Counted from the stretch's first letter, positions 33,279-45,220 are shown. The stretch: 64,000 nucleotides of DNA from an uncultured Verrucomicrobiae bacterium (GCA_963772365.1 CAVYXA010000003.1:608001-672000), one strand, 5' to 3'. Numbers and translations: made by a program. The notes: generated by a model from the letters alone, not told the origin.

Positions 33279-34403
33279 ATGCTCAGTGCTGGAATTGTTG
33301 GCCTGCCGAACGTCGGAAAGTCCACACTCTTTAACGCCGTTACCCGCACTCACAAAGCGCCGGCGGAAAATTATCCGTTTTGTACGATCGATCCGAATGT
33401 CGGGGTTGTGATTGTGCCCGACCCGCGGCTGCAAAAGCTGGCCGAGATGTCGCATTCGCAAAAAATCGTGCCGACGGCGATCGAGTTCGTTGACATCGCC
33501 GGTCTGGTCAAAGGCGCGAGCACCGGCGAAGGATTGGGCAATCAATTCCTCAGCCACATCCGCGAGGTGGACGCGATCGTGCAGGTAGTCCGCTGCTTTG
33601 AAAGCGACGATATCCATCACGTCGCCGGCACAATTGATCCCATTCGTGATATCGAGGTGATCAATACCGAGCTGGTTCTCGCCGATTTGGCGTCGCTTCA
33701 AAAACGACATGACCGCTTGCAGAAAGAAGTTCGCGCCGGTGAAAAGACCGCAAAGATCGAGAATGGCATTGCCGAAAAACTGTTGCCGCATCTTGATGCA
33801 GGGAAACCGGCGATTACCGCTGACCTGACTCCGGAAGAGCAATCGATCATGCGCGGTTTTTTCCTGCTCACATCGAAACCAACGATTTTCGCCTGCAATG
33901 TCGCCGAATCCGATTTGGGCGCGGTGGCATCAGGCAAGATCGACAATGTCGCTGCCAGTCACGTCAATCTCGTGCGCGATTATGCGCGGCATCATTTTGG
34001 GACGGAGGCAGTCGTGATCAGCGCGCAAATTGAAAGTGAACTTGTCGATCTCGGAGAACAAGAATCGCGCGAATACTTGAGCGGATTAGGAATCAAAGAG
34101 AGCGGAATGAATGAATTGATTCGCTCGGTCTATCATCTGCTTGGCCTGTGCACATTCCTCACGACGGGAGAAAAAGAAACTCGGGCGTGGACGATTCACG
34201 CCGGGGATAAAGCGCCTGCCGCGGCTGGAGTGATACATTCCGATTTCGAGCGCGGTTTCATTGCGGCCGAAACGATTCATTACGATGACCTGGTCGGCCT
34301 CGGATCTTTCGCGAAAGCGCGTGAGGCGGGGAAGCTCCGGATCGAAGGCAAAGATTACGAAGTGCGCGATGGCGATGTGATCTCCTTCCGATTCAATGTC
34401 TGA
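33279..34403 (+). CDS. ychF: redox-regulated ATPase YchF
   Basis: [36 protein letters not shown]-terminus FRFNV. Confidence 0.95.
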   Translation: MLSAGIVGLPNVGKSTLFNAVTRTHKAPAENYPFCTIDPNVGVVIVPDPRLQKLAEMSHSQKIVPTAIEFVDIAGLVKGASTGEGLGNQFLSHIREVDAIVQVVRCFESDDIHHVAGTIDPIRDIEVINTELVLADLASLQKRHDRLQKEVRAGEKTAKIENGIAEKLLPHLDAGKPAITADLTPEEQSIMRGFFLLTSKPTIFACNVAESDLGAVASGKIDNVAASHVNLVRDYARHHFGTEAVVISAQIESELVDLGEQESREYLSGLGIKESGMNELIRSVYHLLGLCTFLTTGEKETRAWTIHAGDKAPAAAGVIHSDFERGFIAAETIHYDDLVGLGSFAKAREAGKLRIEGKDYEVRDGDVISFRFNV

Positions 34404-34521
34404 GCCCTACGAAGGGCCGCTTGTTGCCGGCATTTGCTTGCATGCGGTAACGGGCGCGGGCCCGGCCTCCTTGTGATTTTCGGCGGTGGGAGTAACTTCG
34501 CCGGTGCGAATTTTTGCGCCA

Positions 34522-35010
34522 ATGAGACGCAGCAGTTTTGCGGCGCCCGAGGCATTTACGGTGCTCGAGATTGTCATTGCCGTGGCCATCATCATGCTGA
34601 TGCTGGTTTTGGCGATGCCAAGCTTAAAAGGTGTGCTGGACGACCAGCGGCTGCGGCGTTCTTTGGATGGATTCAATGCGCTTGTGCTCAAAGCTCAGGA
34701 ACGCAGCGTGACTGAACACAGGTCATATTTAATTGTGTGGCAGAAAGATGCGGTGGTCTTGCGTCCCGAGGCGTTCGGCCGCGATGAAGAGGAAAAAGAT
34801 ACTGCCGAACTTAACCTTGGCAGGGGCGAAGCTTTGAAACTCTCGTTACCTGCGGCATTAACGAAAGATCCACCGGGAGAGTGGATTTTCTGGCCGTCGG
34901 GTAATTGCGAGCCGGCAGTTATCGAATTCACCGGAGGCAACGGCACCTGGACGGCAAAATATTCCCCGCTGACAGCACGTCCGGAGATAACGAAGTATGT
35001 CGCTCGTTAG
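34522..35010 (+). CDS. GspH-like minor pseudopilin
   Basis: Prepilin motif AFTVLE + hydrophobic helix. Confidence 0.7.
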   Translation: MRRSSFAAPEAFTVLEIVIAVAIIMLMLVLAMPSLKGVLDDQRLRRSLDGFNALVLKAQERSVTEHRSYLIVWQKDAVVLRPEAFGRDEEEKDTAELNLGRGEALKLSLPAALTKDPPGEWIFWPSGNCEPAVIEFTGGNGTWTAKYSPLTARPEITKYVAR

Positions 35011-35467
35011 GGGTATCGACATGGAGAATTGCATTTATGAAATTACGAAATTGCGCTGCTCCAGTTTGCGGCATCGGCGCTCCAGGCGATTGGGTTTTGC
35101 CCTTTATGAAGTTCTGATTGGCCTCACGATCTTTGTAGTCGGCGTCTTCGCGCTTGGACGTGCGGTGCAAAATTGCCTCAACGCGAGCAGCCTCAGCGCG
35201 GAGGAAGTGCGTGTCAGCGAGATTCTGGCCAATCGAATGGCCGAAGTGCAAGCTAGGCCAGGGCCTCCCGATCCATCCAAGCAATTCAAGATCGACACCG
35301 GTTACGGTTTTGTGACCCTGAACCAGAAAAGTGCACCGGCAAAGTTGACGGAGTCGGACAACGCAATTCTCGCCGGGATCGATCTGGTAACGTTAACAGT
35401 GGCCTGGGAGAAAAATGGCATCAAGCAATCGAAGCAAATTGAGTTTTATGTTTACCGGCCGAGTTAA
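34997..35467 (+). CDS. GspI-like minor pseudopilin
   Basis: GFALYEVLIG prepilin-like motif. Confidence 0.65.
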   Translation: MSLVRGIDMENCIYEITKLRCSSLRHRRSRRLGFALYEVLIGLTIFVVGVFALGRAVQNCLNASSLSAEEVRVSEILANRMAEVQARPGPPDPSKQFKIDTGYGFVTLNQKSAPAKLTESDNAILAGIDLVTLTVAWEKNGIKQSKQIEFYVYRPS

Positions 35468-36078
35468 TTGGAAACGACCGGGCGCTTTTACGCTCCTCGA
35501 AGTGACGCTGGCCGTGTTGATCCTCGGCCTCATGTCTTTGGCGGTGTACCGTTTTGTCCAATCCAATCTCATCGCCATGCGAGCCTCCTCCGAGGTGAAC
35601 ACCGCGGACGCGCGCTACGATGGTTTGCGCGATTTATTGCTGTCGCAGTGGCAAAGTCTTCCTCCTGGAAAAGGGGCGATGATCGGAGAACCGGCCAAGC
35701 TCAATGACAGGCCAAGGGATGAAATTCGATGGATCTCTGGAGCGGGCGCGGGATTGCTCACCCGATACGCGCCGGGCGATTTCGACGTTTGGTTGCGCAT
35801 CCAACCAGAAGCCAAAGACAAGGACCAATTCGATCTCGGGCTGTTACGCCGGCCTCGAAACGAGCCGGGCAATTGGGCACGAACACGATACCTGGGTACC
35901 CTTAATTAAGGACGTGACCAGTTTGGAGATTCATTATTTTGATCCACGACTCAATATCTGGGTGGAAAAATGGAGTGACACGCTGCTTTTGCCACGGCTC
36001 GTAAAAGTGACCATACAACGCCCGGACGCGCCGGTTCCGTGGGAGATGGTTGTTCCGTTAGGCAGAACGCCGTATTAG
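35468..36078 (+). CDS. GspJ-like minor pseudopilin (frameshifted, start uncertain)
   Basis: AFTLLEV; C-terminal W..W....LPRLVKV in second frame. Confidence 0.65.
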
Positions 36079-36079
36079 A

Positions 36080-37010
36080 ATGTTTATGATGCCTCAGAAG
36101 AGACAGGCTCGAAATGCGCGAAATCGTGGCGCGGCAATCATGCTGGCGTTATGGGCGCTATTTTTGCTGAGCGCTATGGTAATCTCGTGGGCCCTCGATA
36201 TTGATTCGCGGTTGTCGCTTGCCGGAAACGCCAACCGCAAGCTGGAAGCAGAAGCGATGGCGTGTTCTGGTGCTGAGATTGCTTTCCATCCGTTGGTTAA
36301 AGCTGGCTCGCCAAATCTGAGTCGCGATATGGGAAGCGGAAAAAGCTATGAGGCGCATATTACCGGCGAAGGCGGCCGCTTGAACATCAACTGGCTCCTG
36401 GCTGGCGAGAACCCGGCTCACATCGAGGTGCTTCGCCGATATCTCGAGAACAAGGGGATTGATCTCAATGAACGCGATCACATGATCGATTGTCTGCTGG
36501 ACTGGGTGGATCCTGATAACCTTGTGCGACTAAACGGCGCGGAAGTGAATGAAAATTATCAACCGGCAAATACATTGCTCACACGACTCGATGATCTGAA
36601 AAAAGTGAAAGGCTGGGCTAAATTTACCGCAGTTCCCGGATGGGACGACGAGCTTACCCTGAACAGTTCCGGCCCAATCGATGTTGCCTGGGCATCGCGC
36701 GACGTATTGCTTGCTCTGCCCGGTATGACCGAGGGAATGGTGGACCGGTTCCTGGAATTGCGCCGGGGGCCCGACGGCATCGATGGCACATCTGATGATA
36801 CAACGTTCCAGAGCCTTAATGAGGTGCGGGCAGTGCGTCTGAGTCTTTCCGAGGAGCAATTTAGAGAAATCGCGAGCCTTGATCGGGTTCAAAGATCAGG
36901 TTTTTCGTGTCGTGAGCGTCGGAAAATCGGGCGATGAAAGGCGAACTGTCCAGTTGGTTTTTCGCCGAAACGGTCCTGTTCCTCAATTGATTACCTGGAG
37001 GGAATTTTGA
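36080..37010 (+). CDS. gspK: GspK-like pseudopilin (frameshift near 3' end)
   Basis: RGAAIMLALW, EGGRLNIN, LLDWVDPD, ALPG, RRGPDG. Confidence 0.75.
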
Positions 37011-38248
37011 CCACCGATCCCGCGGCCACACCCATTTTCATATTGCCAACGGCGCACGGCTGGAATTTTTTGCGTTCGCTCGATCGCAATGGCACCTGGG
37101 ACGTGCAGACGCTTCGTTCTTTGGATGAAGCCGTCCCGCTTTTGAGTGCACAGGATAATTTTGTTCTCGGTCTTCCAGTTTCCGCTGTGCTCGCTCAACG
37201 TATCCATTTGCCGAGCGCCGATCCGAGCGAATTTGCGGAGATGGTCCGTTTGCAAGTTGAAAAGGCGCTGCCGTTTTCGCCGGAAGAAGTCACGACCGAT
37301 TTTGAAGTGATTGAGCAGAATGAAACAGGCAGCGTTGTCTCTGCCGTAGCGGTTCGCAACGAACAATTGGCCGAGCTGGCGGCACCGTTGCTGGACCGCG
37401 GCTACATCCCGCGCCAGGTAACGGTTTACGCTGCCCAGCGCGCCAGCACCCGTGCTCCGCAAGGCAATGCACTTCTCATTTATCCCGAAGGGGAAAATCT
37501 TGTCTCCGCTGTCACTGAAAACGGCAAGATCAGTCTGGCCCGAACTATGGAGGGTGTAGATCCCGAGCATCTGCAGATGGAATTGCCCCAACTGACACTG
37601 AGCGCGGAGTTGCAGGGGATCAATGCCGCCTTCCCAAATGTGTTCTTGGATGAAACCTGTTATGACCTCCGCGATACGGTCCAGGGAATCGTCTCCAGTC
37701 TTCCTGAAATTGTTGGGGTGGAAAAACCGCCTGCCCAGGTCAAACTCAATCTTCTGCCCGCGAGCTGGCGCCGCCGGCGTCTCCAGCTGGAAAGGTTTGG
37801 TGAATGGCGCAAACGGTTAATCTGGGCCGGGGCGGTATACGCTGGAATCTTTCTCATCCTGCTGCTTGCGCTTGGTTTCTTTCGGCTGCGGATTGGCCAG
37901 CTGAATCGGGCGATCACGCGCGACGAGCCACAAATCGAATTTGTGCGTGGCGCGGAAGCAGATTGGAAAGCGCTCGCACCGGCTATCGACTCCCGTTATT
38001 ACCCGGTGGAAATTTTGCTGCATCTTTTCGAGAGTCTTCCATCAAAGGAAGTTCACATTACTTCTTACAATCAATCGGCTCGCCAGGTTTCTGTCGATGG
38101 TGAAGCAAACACCGCTCAGCTCGCCTACGATTTTGCCGAGGTAGTGAAGAAGAACAAAGGCCTGCACATCTTTCAGTTTAGCATGGGCGATCCGCGAATT
38201 CTGCCCAACGGCCATGCCCAATTCCGATTGGAAGGACGACCTCGATGA
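37007..38248 (+). CDS. GspL/PilMN-like assembly platform protein
   Basis: LQVEKALPF, NLLP + TM, position after gspK. Confidence 0.7.
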   Translation: MTTDPAATPIFILPTAHGWNFLRSLDRNGTWDVQTLRSLDEAVPLLSAQDNFVLGLPVSAVLAQRIHLPSADPSEFAEMVRLQVEKALPFSPEEVTTDFEVIEQNETGSVVSAVAVRNEQLAELAAPLLDRGYIPRQVTVYAAQRASTRAPQGNALLIYPEGENLVSAVTENGKISLARTMEGVDPEHLQMELPQLTLSAELQGINAAFPNVFLDETCYDLRDTVQGIVSSLPEIVGVEKPPAQVKLNLLPASWRRRRLQLERFGEWRKRLIWAGAVYAGIFLILLLALGFFRLRIGQLNRAITRDEPQIEFVRGAEADWKALAPAIDSRYYPVEILLHLFESLPSKEVHITSYNQSARQVSVDGEANTAQLAYDFAEVVKKNKGLHIFQFSMGDPRILPNGHAQFRLEGRPR

Positions 38249-38808
38249 CACTGACTGCCTGGTATAAACGGCTGAGCCGCCGCGAACGGATCCTTCTGGT
38301 CGCGGTGGTCGGGGTTGTGTTTCTCTTGTTCAATCTCATGATCTGGAACTGGCTCTTTGGCGCCTTGGGCCGTGCGCGCGCCGAGCTCACAGAGAAAAAG
38401 TCGATCCGCACTCAGCAGACTATCTACATGAAAGAGCGTGACATGTGGGCCAAGCGCGATGAATGGGTCCGAAAAAATCAGCCAGCCCTAAGCGGGCCGG
38501 GCGAGGCATCCAAACTCCTCGAAGAGCAAATCAAACCTCTCGCGGCCAAATATGAGGTTTTGATTGAAAATCCTCAGATCGGCTCCGGCGAAGCCACACC
38601 TGCTCATCAAACCGTTTACAACTCAGTCGAATCCAAGAGTGATTGGCCAAACCTGGTGCATTTTCTTTATGATTTACAGCAGCCCCAAAAATTCATTGTG
38701 TTCGAGAATGTGACTCTTTCAGTGGACACGACTGACGCGACGGTGATGCGCGGCAGATTCAAGATCGCCCGCTGGTTTGCGCCGGCGCAGCGCACAAAGA
38801 AAAGATAG
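38245..38808 (+). CDS. GspM-like protein
   Basis: LSRRERILL + TM, LVHFLYDLQ. Confidence 0.7.
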   Translation: MTLTAWYKRLSRRERILLVAVVGVVFLLFNLMIWNWLFGALGRARAELTEKKSIRTQQTIYMKERDMWAKRDEWVRKNQPALSGPGEASKLLEEQIKPLAAKYEVLIENPQIGSGEATPAHQTVYNSVESKSDWPNLVHFLYDLQQPQKFIVFENVTLSVDTTDATVMRGRFKIARWFAPAQRTKKR

Positions 38809-38810
38809 TT

Positions 38811-39434
38811 ATGGGGCGTGCTTTTGTTCTGATGTCGATCCTGTTCTTCGCCGGCGTGATGTCCGCTCCGGCTGAAGAGGTAATTCCCCAGCGGCTCGAA
38901 TTCAAGCGGTACGAGCCGATGCTAAAACGATCGCCGTTTGCTGTCGCTACTGCGCCAATGCCTGCAGCGGCTGCGCCATCCTGGTCAAAAGATCTTTACG
39001 TTGCGAATGCCGCTCATACGCCGTCGGTCGATATGGTGACGGTCATGTCTTTGTCGGATAAAGGCATGAAAGAATATCTTACCACGGAAGGGCCTAACCA
39101 GACGGGGTACGCCATTGCGAATATTGAATGGTCGGATACTCCCGGCGAGACCAAGGTGACGATCAGCAAGAGCGGGCAATTCGCGACGATTGGGTTCAAT
39201 GAAGCGTTGTTGCAGGAGAACGCGCACACCTCTGCGACGATGCCGTCACCGATGGTCAAACCAAGACCACCCTTCAATCGATACCCGCAACCCGTTCAGG
39301 GATTTCCTGCTCCACACACGCGGGGAGTCATTCCTCGTAATCCTTCCGGCGTGAAGAGTCCCTTCTTCAATCCACCACAAACCGTCGCTCCAGTTAACCA
39401 GGAGCCTCCGCCTACGCCGCCGCCCGGTCAGTAA
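38811..39434 (+). CDS. hypothetical exported protein with Pro-rich tail, end of T2SS operon
   Basis: Signal peptide, RSPF motif, operon spacing. Confidence 0.6.
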   Translation: MGRAFVLMSILFFAGVMSAPAEEVIPQRLEFKRYEPMLKRSPFAVATAPMPAAAAPSWSKDLYVANAAHTPSVDMVTVMSLSDKGMKEYLTTEGPNQTGYAIANIEWSDTPGETKVTISKSGQFATIGFNEALLQENAHTSATMPSPMVKPRPPFNRYPQPVQGFPAPHTRGVIPRNPSGVKSPFFNPPQTVAPVNQEPPPTPPPGQ

Positions 39435-39471
39435 ACGCGGTTCCGCTAAGATGGACAACCGTTTGGCGCTC

Positions 39472-39888
39472 TTATTCGCCCCAAACGTCATCCGGCGTAT
39501 CCGGTTTCCGGTCTGGTCCAGCAGAATGCAAGTCGTAACTGTCCGGGTGCTTGATTCCGGGAGACTTGTAGAGATACTCGCTTTGCCAGGGATCCTTCGG
39601 AACGTCTTTGAACAATTGGTACCACCGGTTCGGGACCGGCTCGCTTTGAGGTTTGGTCACCAGCGCTTGTAATCCCTGCTCTGTGGTCGGGTAAAATCCA
39701 TTCATGCTTTCGTAAAGCTTCAGCTGCGTGCCTATCGATTGCACATCGGCGCGCACGGCGGTGTCTTTGGCAAACCCGGTTGGATTTCCAATCCGGGAAA
39801 TCGCCAGGCCCAGCAGAATCACGATGATGCTCACCACGATCATGATTTCGAGCAGCGTAAATCCGTCTTGTTTTCGTTTCGTTCTCAT
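39472..39888 (-). CDS. gspG: type II secretion major pseudopilin GspG
   Basis: GFTLLE, YPTTEQGLQALV, KDPW, SAGPD. Confidence 0.92.
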   Translation of the reverse strand: MRTKRKQDGFTLLEIMIVVSIIVILLGLAISRIGNPTGFAKDTAVRADVQSIGTQLKLYESMNGFYPTTEQGLQALVTKPQSEPVPNRWYQLFKDVPKDPWQSEYLYKSPGIKHPDSYDLHSAGPDRKPDTPDDVWGE

Positions 39889-39898
39889 GTTTGTCCCG

Positions 39899-40973
39899 TC
39901 ACTTCACAGGTTGGAGCAAGTAGTCCGATTTTTCCCAGAGATACTTGAGCTGAATCTGGGTTGCCCGGATCGCCGATGCCGATCCACTGGGGCCGTTCAT
40001 GATAATCAATTCGTTGTTTCCCGGTTTCAAGCTGCTCGCTGGCACAATTTTCTGCGCCCGGAGCCATCCGGTATATTGGAAATGCATCTCTTTCATCAAC
40101 GGTTCCATTTCGCCGCGATAGCCGGGATCGGCCAGGGCCGGCAAAGCCAATGAGACAGCGCCGATGTTCTTGCCGTTCAGATAAATCTCTGGCGGCGAAT
40201 CGATCCGTGGACTGGCGATTTCGAAAGTCAGCATGGCGACGAGCGGCTGCGATTCGATTCCAAACTGAAAAATTGCCGCCTCCCGCATCTCCGGTCCGAT
40301 AGGGATCGTGTCCGCCGAAAGGGGTGCCGACTACGGTCCCGAATTGTTCGACGTCCTTCTTAGGCACGTGCAATGGCGGGACCGAAGAGAACGGCTCCGG
40401 AATGACGTCGCGATGTTCGGCGCTCAACGGATGCACGGTTTCGTCGCTGCTCATCCAATCCAGATAAGCGCCGCGCACGGTTTTCCCGTCGCCCGGGACT
40501 TCGATGTCGATGGTCGAAGCTCCCATCATCGGGATCACGACCGAATCCGAAGTGGCCACGCCAATGCCGGCCCCGAGCGGCCCAGAGCGTAACACTTGGC
40601 TTCCGGATTCATCCCAGGCGATCAGCTCTGGTTGTGCGTTTGGTTGATCGTCAAAAAAGAGCCGAAAAAAGAGGACTCTGTAATTGCCGCTCGGTCGCGC
40701 GATTCGGATGCGAAAAATACTTTTCGCGTTTCCGTTATTCGTGGTTGTGGTTGAGTTCAGGCTTACCGCTTCTACCCAGCGAGGAGCGCTTTGAGGCGTG
40801 GAATTGACGGGTAGGTGCTGGCGCAGATCGATCCAGGCACTTTCGGAGGAATTGATTGTCGATGTCGCGCGGTTGGCAGATTGGCGCAGAGCGGCGTTGA
40901 AAGCTTCTTGTGCGTAAAGCGAAGACGTTGCCCCGAGGAATAAAGCGATCCCAACCAGCCGGAAAACCATCAA
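39899..40973 (-). CDS. hypothetical exported protein (frameshift near 40320)
   Basis: Signal peptide; ORFs 39885..40973 and 39899..40288 join across an indel; between gspF and gspG. Confidence 0.55.
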
Positions 40974-40988
40974 GCCACCGACAGTATC

Positions 40989-42239
40989 CTAATGGGGTCG
41001 AACCTGCAAACTCTTTGTCATTTCGAACACTGCCGAGAGCACGCTATAAACCACCAGCCCGATGACAATTGCGATCAAAGCGATAATTACGGGTGGGATG
41101 AGTTGGGAAATCACCGCGCTGGTTCGATCCAACTCGCGCTCGTATACGTCGGCAATCGTCTGCATCGTATCTGCGAAGTGTCCGGTTTGTTCTCCTACCG
41201 CCATCATGTCGGTAAACAGTTCGGGGAACAATTTCTGTTCGGCCAGAGCAACCGAAAGCGTGGCGCCGTCAATGACCGCCCGGCGGACATCCGCCATTTT
41301 GACTTCGAGATAACGATTACCCGCGATTTCTGTGACCAAATCGAGCGACCGAAGCAGAGGCACTCCGTTTTGCATCAGTGTGCCGAGCGTGCGTGCAAAC
41401 TGCGCGTAATAACGGTGGCGAATTACTCGGCCGTAACCAGGAATGGGAAGACGAAAGCGATCCCACGCGATTCGTCCTTCATCTGCGCGCACAAAGGCAC
41501 GAAACGCCGCCATCCCACCCAACACAGCAAGCACGCCGACCCACCAGTAGCCCGTAAAAATATGATGAACTTGCAGAAGGATTCGCGTCGCCAATGGGAG
41601 CGTGCCGCCGGTCTGCGCCTGGGCCATAAAGCCGACCAGTTTCGGCACCATGAAGGTGATGAAAATTGTGATTAAAACCATTCCAGCTACAGCCAGAAAT
41701 GCCGGATAAATCAGCGCTTGCTGGACACGATCGCGTAGATCACGCGCTTGCGAGAGATGCTTAACAAGTCGCAGCAAAATTTCAGGCAGCGCGCCGCTCG
41801 CTTCGCCTGCCGCTACCATGTTCACATACAATGGCTGGAAAATTCTCGGAAAACCGCGCAACGCCTGCGAAAAACTGCGTCCATCGACCAGAGCCTGATG
41901 CAGACTGTGAGTCATCTGCTGGACCCGGGGCTGTTTGAGACGTTTGTCCAGGATCGACAACCCTTCGTCCAGAGTCATTCCTGCGGCGAGCAAATGGGCC
42001 AGTTGTTCCGTGAACAACAGCAGTTGGGCGTGCGGGATTTTCAGATTTTGCGTCGGCGCTGCGGCCTCCGCAGTAGCTCCATTGCGGCGAACCGCTCCTG
42101 TGCCAATGATGTCGATCTTAATTGGGATGCAGCGCTGCTGTTCGATCTGGCGGATTGCAACCGAGCGGTCTGGACAATCCAGAACTCCTTCGACGAGTGT
42201 GCCCTGTGCATCCCGCGCCCGATAAGCAAATTGCGGCAT
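40989..42239 (-). CDS. gspF: type II secretion system F / PilC family protein
   Basis: MPQFAYRA, MVAAGEASG, ALIYP, VGEQTG. Confidence 0.9.
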   Translation of the reverse strand: MPQFAYRARDAQGTLVEGVLDCPDRSVAIRQIEQQRCIPIKIDIIGTGAVRRNGATAEAAAPTQNLKIPHAQLLLFTEQLAHLLAAGMTLDEGLSILDKRLKQPRVQQMTHSLHQALVDGRSFSQALRGFPRIFQPLYVNMVAAGEASGALPEILLRLVKHLSQARDLRDRVQQALIYPAFLAVAGMVLITIFITFMVPKLVGFMAQAQTGGTLPLATRILLQVHHIFTGYWWVGVLAVLGGMAAFRAFVRADEGRIAWDRFRLPIPGYGRVIRHRYYAQFARTLGTLMQNGVPLLRSLDLVTEIAGNRYLEVKMADVRRAVIDGATLSVALAEQKLFPELFTDMMAVGEQTGHFADTMQTIADVYERELDRTSAVISQLIPPVIIALIAIVIGLVVYSVLSAVFEMTKSLQVRPH

Positions 42240-42306
42240 TGGGCTGAGAAGTTAATGCGAAAGCAGAAAATCCGAAACTGGAATCTGCGGGACCGCCACG
42301 AGCCCG

Positions 42307-43856
42307 TTATTTCTCGATCCAACCCATCACCGCAAGTGCTCGACGAAATTCAGCGTCGTCGGTTGAAAGCGCGGGTAACCATTGTCCGATGGGTTCTCGA
42401 TGCCACCATTCTTTTTCTCCAACTGGCGCGAATCGGTATCGATAAAGTCGCGCCCGAATAAAATGAGGGGGCGCATTCGGGAACGGATTCCCAGCAAGAA
42501 GGGAAAGCGTGCCCGGATCGTTATGCAAAAGTTTCCAAACGAAATGCAGAGTCCACGGATATTCCGAGGGCGAAGCCATGGCGGCGAACCAGATTTGCCA
42601 ATCAATCCGCGGTTGATATGGCGCGATGAATGGCGGCCGCCGATTTGGATCGCCCGGTTTGGCTTTGAATTCGTATTCCTTCCATTTGTGCCGCCTGTGA
42701 TGATCGGCTCATCTGTGCCTTCGAAAACAATTTCGTAGCGTTCGCGACCGACACTGCCGAATGCCCCGTAGGTGTTAACAAGAGTCGAGTGGATCGTAGG
42801 AATAAGTTCATAGATTGCCGGCCGGAAACCAGGTTGAGCACTGGCGCAATGCTCAAGTAGGCAACGAGAATCGATACTGCGATGGCGATATCAGCGCTGA
42901 TTCGATGGTTTCGCTTGCTCTGCCGCCTGCTCGGCGCGTCTCACCAGCGAGCCTCGGCAAGATGCGACGAAAAATGTGTCATCGAAACAGGCCAGGAAGG
43001 GAATGATTGTCAGATAATTTAGAAATGAAAGATTGCCGCTTACGATCAGGAAAATCTGAAACGTGACTAGCAACACACCCGCAACATGCCTGGCCAGTCG
43101 CGGCCCAAACGAAAACCACGGAACGATTAGTTCGACGAAATGGTTCCAGGCAACTTCGAATTTGAGCAGCCAATGCGGTGAGAAATTCAGATAATGACTG
43201 ATCGGATTTGGGATCGGCTGCGTTTCGTAGTGATAGTAAAGACAGGTGAGATCGCGCCAGCAGGAATCGCCGCGGAGTTTGATCAAACCGGCGCCGATCA
43301 TGATGCGAAAACCGAGCCAGCGAAAGAGCCAGATGATCAGGATCGGTGGACGCGACTTTGGAAAAGGCCGGCCATCGAGCAGAGGGCAAAGAAAGATCGA
43401 CAAAAAACCGGTCTCGAGCAGTTGGATTTCCCAGCCGTAGCCGTACCAGATTTGTCCGATATGGACGATCGACATGTACAAGATCCAGAGAACGGCCAGA
43501 AGAACTGCATTCGCGTAACCGGCAAGGACAATTAGCGAGAGCGCGAAACCAGCCCAGGACAGGACCGACATCGCATGATCCGAAATTCCGAACCAGAAAA
43601 GCGTCGGCAGATGCATCATGCCGGCGGTCTTTGTTCCGAGTTGCGTCTCGATTGCTGTCAGGAAATGCGTTGCCGGCGTTAACCCGTGCTCGCCCACGAG
43701 CGGAACGAGCTGGTTTATCGCGACCAGAAATGCGATCGCGTAAACAAATCCAAGCAATCGAAGAATGACAAAGCGCGTAAGCCAATACGAATCTCCGAGC
43801 GCGAAAAATCTCTCCAGTTGTTTGCCATTCATTGGTGGCAACCCATTCGTTGACAC
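42307..43856 (-). CDS. lipase maturation factor family membrane protein (several frameshifts)
   Basis: YGYGWEIQLLETGFL, GLIKLRGD, HYETQPIPNP, NTYGAFG, IRARLYRYRF. Confidence 0.85.
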
Positions 43857-43889
43857 CTTAAATGATGCGATTCAAGTTTTCTCCCTCGC

Positions 43890-43961
43890 GCCAGGGTAGC
43901 TCAGCGGTAGAGCAGGGGACTCATAAGCCCTTGGTCGGGAGTTCGATTCTCCCCCCTGGCA
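43890..43961 (+). tRNA. tRNA with CAT anticodon (elongator Met or Ile2; not initiator)
   Basis: GCCAGGG/CCCTGGC acceptor with paired 1-72, loop CTCATAA, GTTCGATTC. Confidence 0.9.
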
Positions 43962-43970
43962 CATGCTCGA

Positions 43971-44738
43971 CTACTTTTTGGTCAAATACTGCGCCAGATC
44001 TTTTTCGCGTCCGCGGAGCGCCGCCATAAAGCAAACGCCGTTTTGCTCTTTCACCGCGCCTGTCCATGTGTCCTGTCGAACATACCGCCAGCCGGAAAAC
44101 TCCTGCACCGCGCCGGTCTTGGGATCTTTCGGGGCTGGATAGAGAAAGAACTGCATCTTCTTTTCCACGACCCAGATTTGGGCGACGCGATGACCATCTT
44201 CGTCATCAAACACGCGGACACCGAGCGTTCGAAAATCGGCGAACTCCGGCGGAACATCGTAATGTTCCAGCTGGTGCTTCATAAAAAACAGATCGCCCAA
44301 TGTTCCGGCGTCGGCCGAAACGGGATCGAGCAGGACCGATTTTGTCGAGCCTGCCACACCTAGCAATTTTCTGGCAGTGGCAATGCCTGGAAAATCGTGA
44401 AGGTGCTCGACAAAATTCGATACAAATACGCCCGCAATCACCAGAACGGCGGCGCCTACTGCTATCACAACTGGATTTTTGATCGTCTTTTTCCAGCTCC
44501 ACTTGTGGCTCGGCACGAGGTTCTCGCTGGAAAACCACTCCGAAACATCGGCGGGAATGGGGATGGTTTGGACCAGCTCGGCCATCGGGCGATCGAAATT
44601 TTGCTGGTTTGTGAACTGGTCGGTCCCGCGCGCTCGAAAAACTGCAGTGCGCATTGCGCGATCGTCGATTTGCTCTTCGCGAATCGGAGCGCACCCTAGC
44701 AGCATCCGTTGCTGACGCGACAATTGCACCTCCTTCAT
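43971..44738 (-). CDS. hypothetical single-pass membrane protein, possible anti-sigma factor
   Basis: One TM; overlaps stop of upstream sigma-like gene. Confidence 0.55.
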   Translation of the reverse strand: MKEVQLSRQQRMLLGCAPIREEQIDDRAMRTAVFRARGTDQFTNQQNFDRPMAELVQTIPIPADVSEWFSSENLVPSHKWSWKKTIKNPVVIAVGAAVLVIAGVFVSNFVEHLHDFPGIATARKLLGVAGSTKSVLLDPVSADAGTLGDLFFMKHQLEHYDVPPEFADFRTLGVRVFDDEDGHRVAQIWVVEKKMQFFLYPAPKDPKTGAVQEFSGWRYVRQDTWTGAVKEQNGVCFMAALRGREKDLAQYLTKK

Positions 44739-45220
44739 ATCACGTGCTCTTCCTCAGGAACGGTTGCGTTTAGCCATGCTTGAAATTGACGCCGGCCCTG
44801 GACGAGGAGCCGGGATAGATCGGTGACCTTGATCTCAGCCAGATCGCAGATTGCCTCGTGATCAAATTCGTTGAGGTAAAAAAGGGCCAGCGCTGTGCGC
44901 TGCGGTTCCGGGGCAGCGGAGATCCAAATCGCCAGCTGATTGGAATCGATCTTGTTGATCTGTGCGGCTGCAGCGGCCGATGGCTCGTTCTCTGGGAGCT
45001 CGATTTCCTCCGGTTGCAACCCATGCTCGCTTGCTTCGAGACAACGTATCCGCGCATCGCGATATAACCAGAATGGGTCAGCCGGCTTTTCCCCGTTCGA
45101 TGAACGCAGCGCTGCTTCGCGCAAGGTTGCATGGAATACTTCCTGGGCTTTGCGCGGCTCGCCCATCATCAGGAAACAAAATCGATAGAGTTGCGGTAGA
45201 TTTTCTTTTCGATGCGGCAC
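44735..45220 (-). CDS. divergent ECF sigma factor-like protein
   Basis: LYRFCFLMMG..KAQEVF, WLYR.AR (region 2); PEPQRTALALFYL (region 4). Confidence 0.55.
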   Translation of the reverse strand: MPHRKENLPQLYRFCFLMMGEPRKAQEVFHATLREAALRSSNGEKPADPFWLYRDARIRCLEASEHGLQPEEIELPENEPSAAAAAQINKIDSNQLAIWISAAPEPQRTALALFYLNEFDHEAICDLAEIKVTDLSRLLVQGRRQFQAWLNATVPEEEHVI

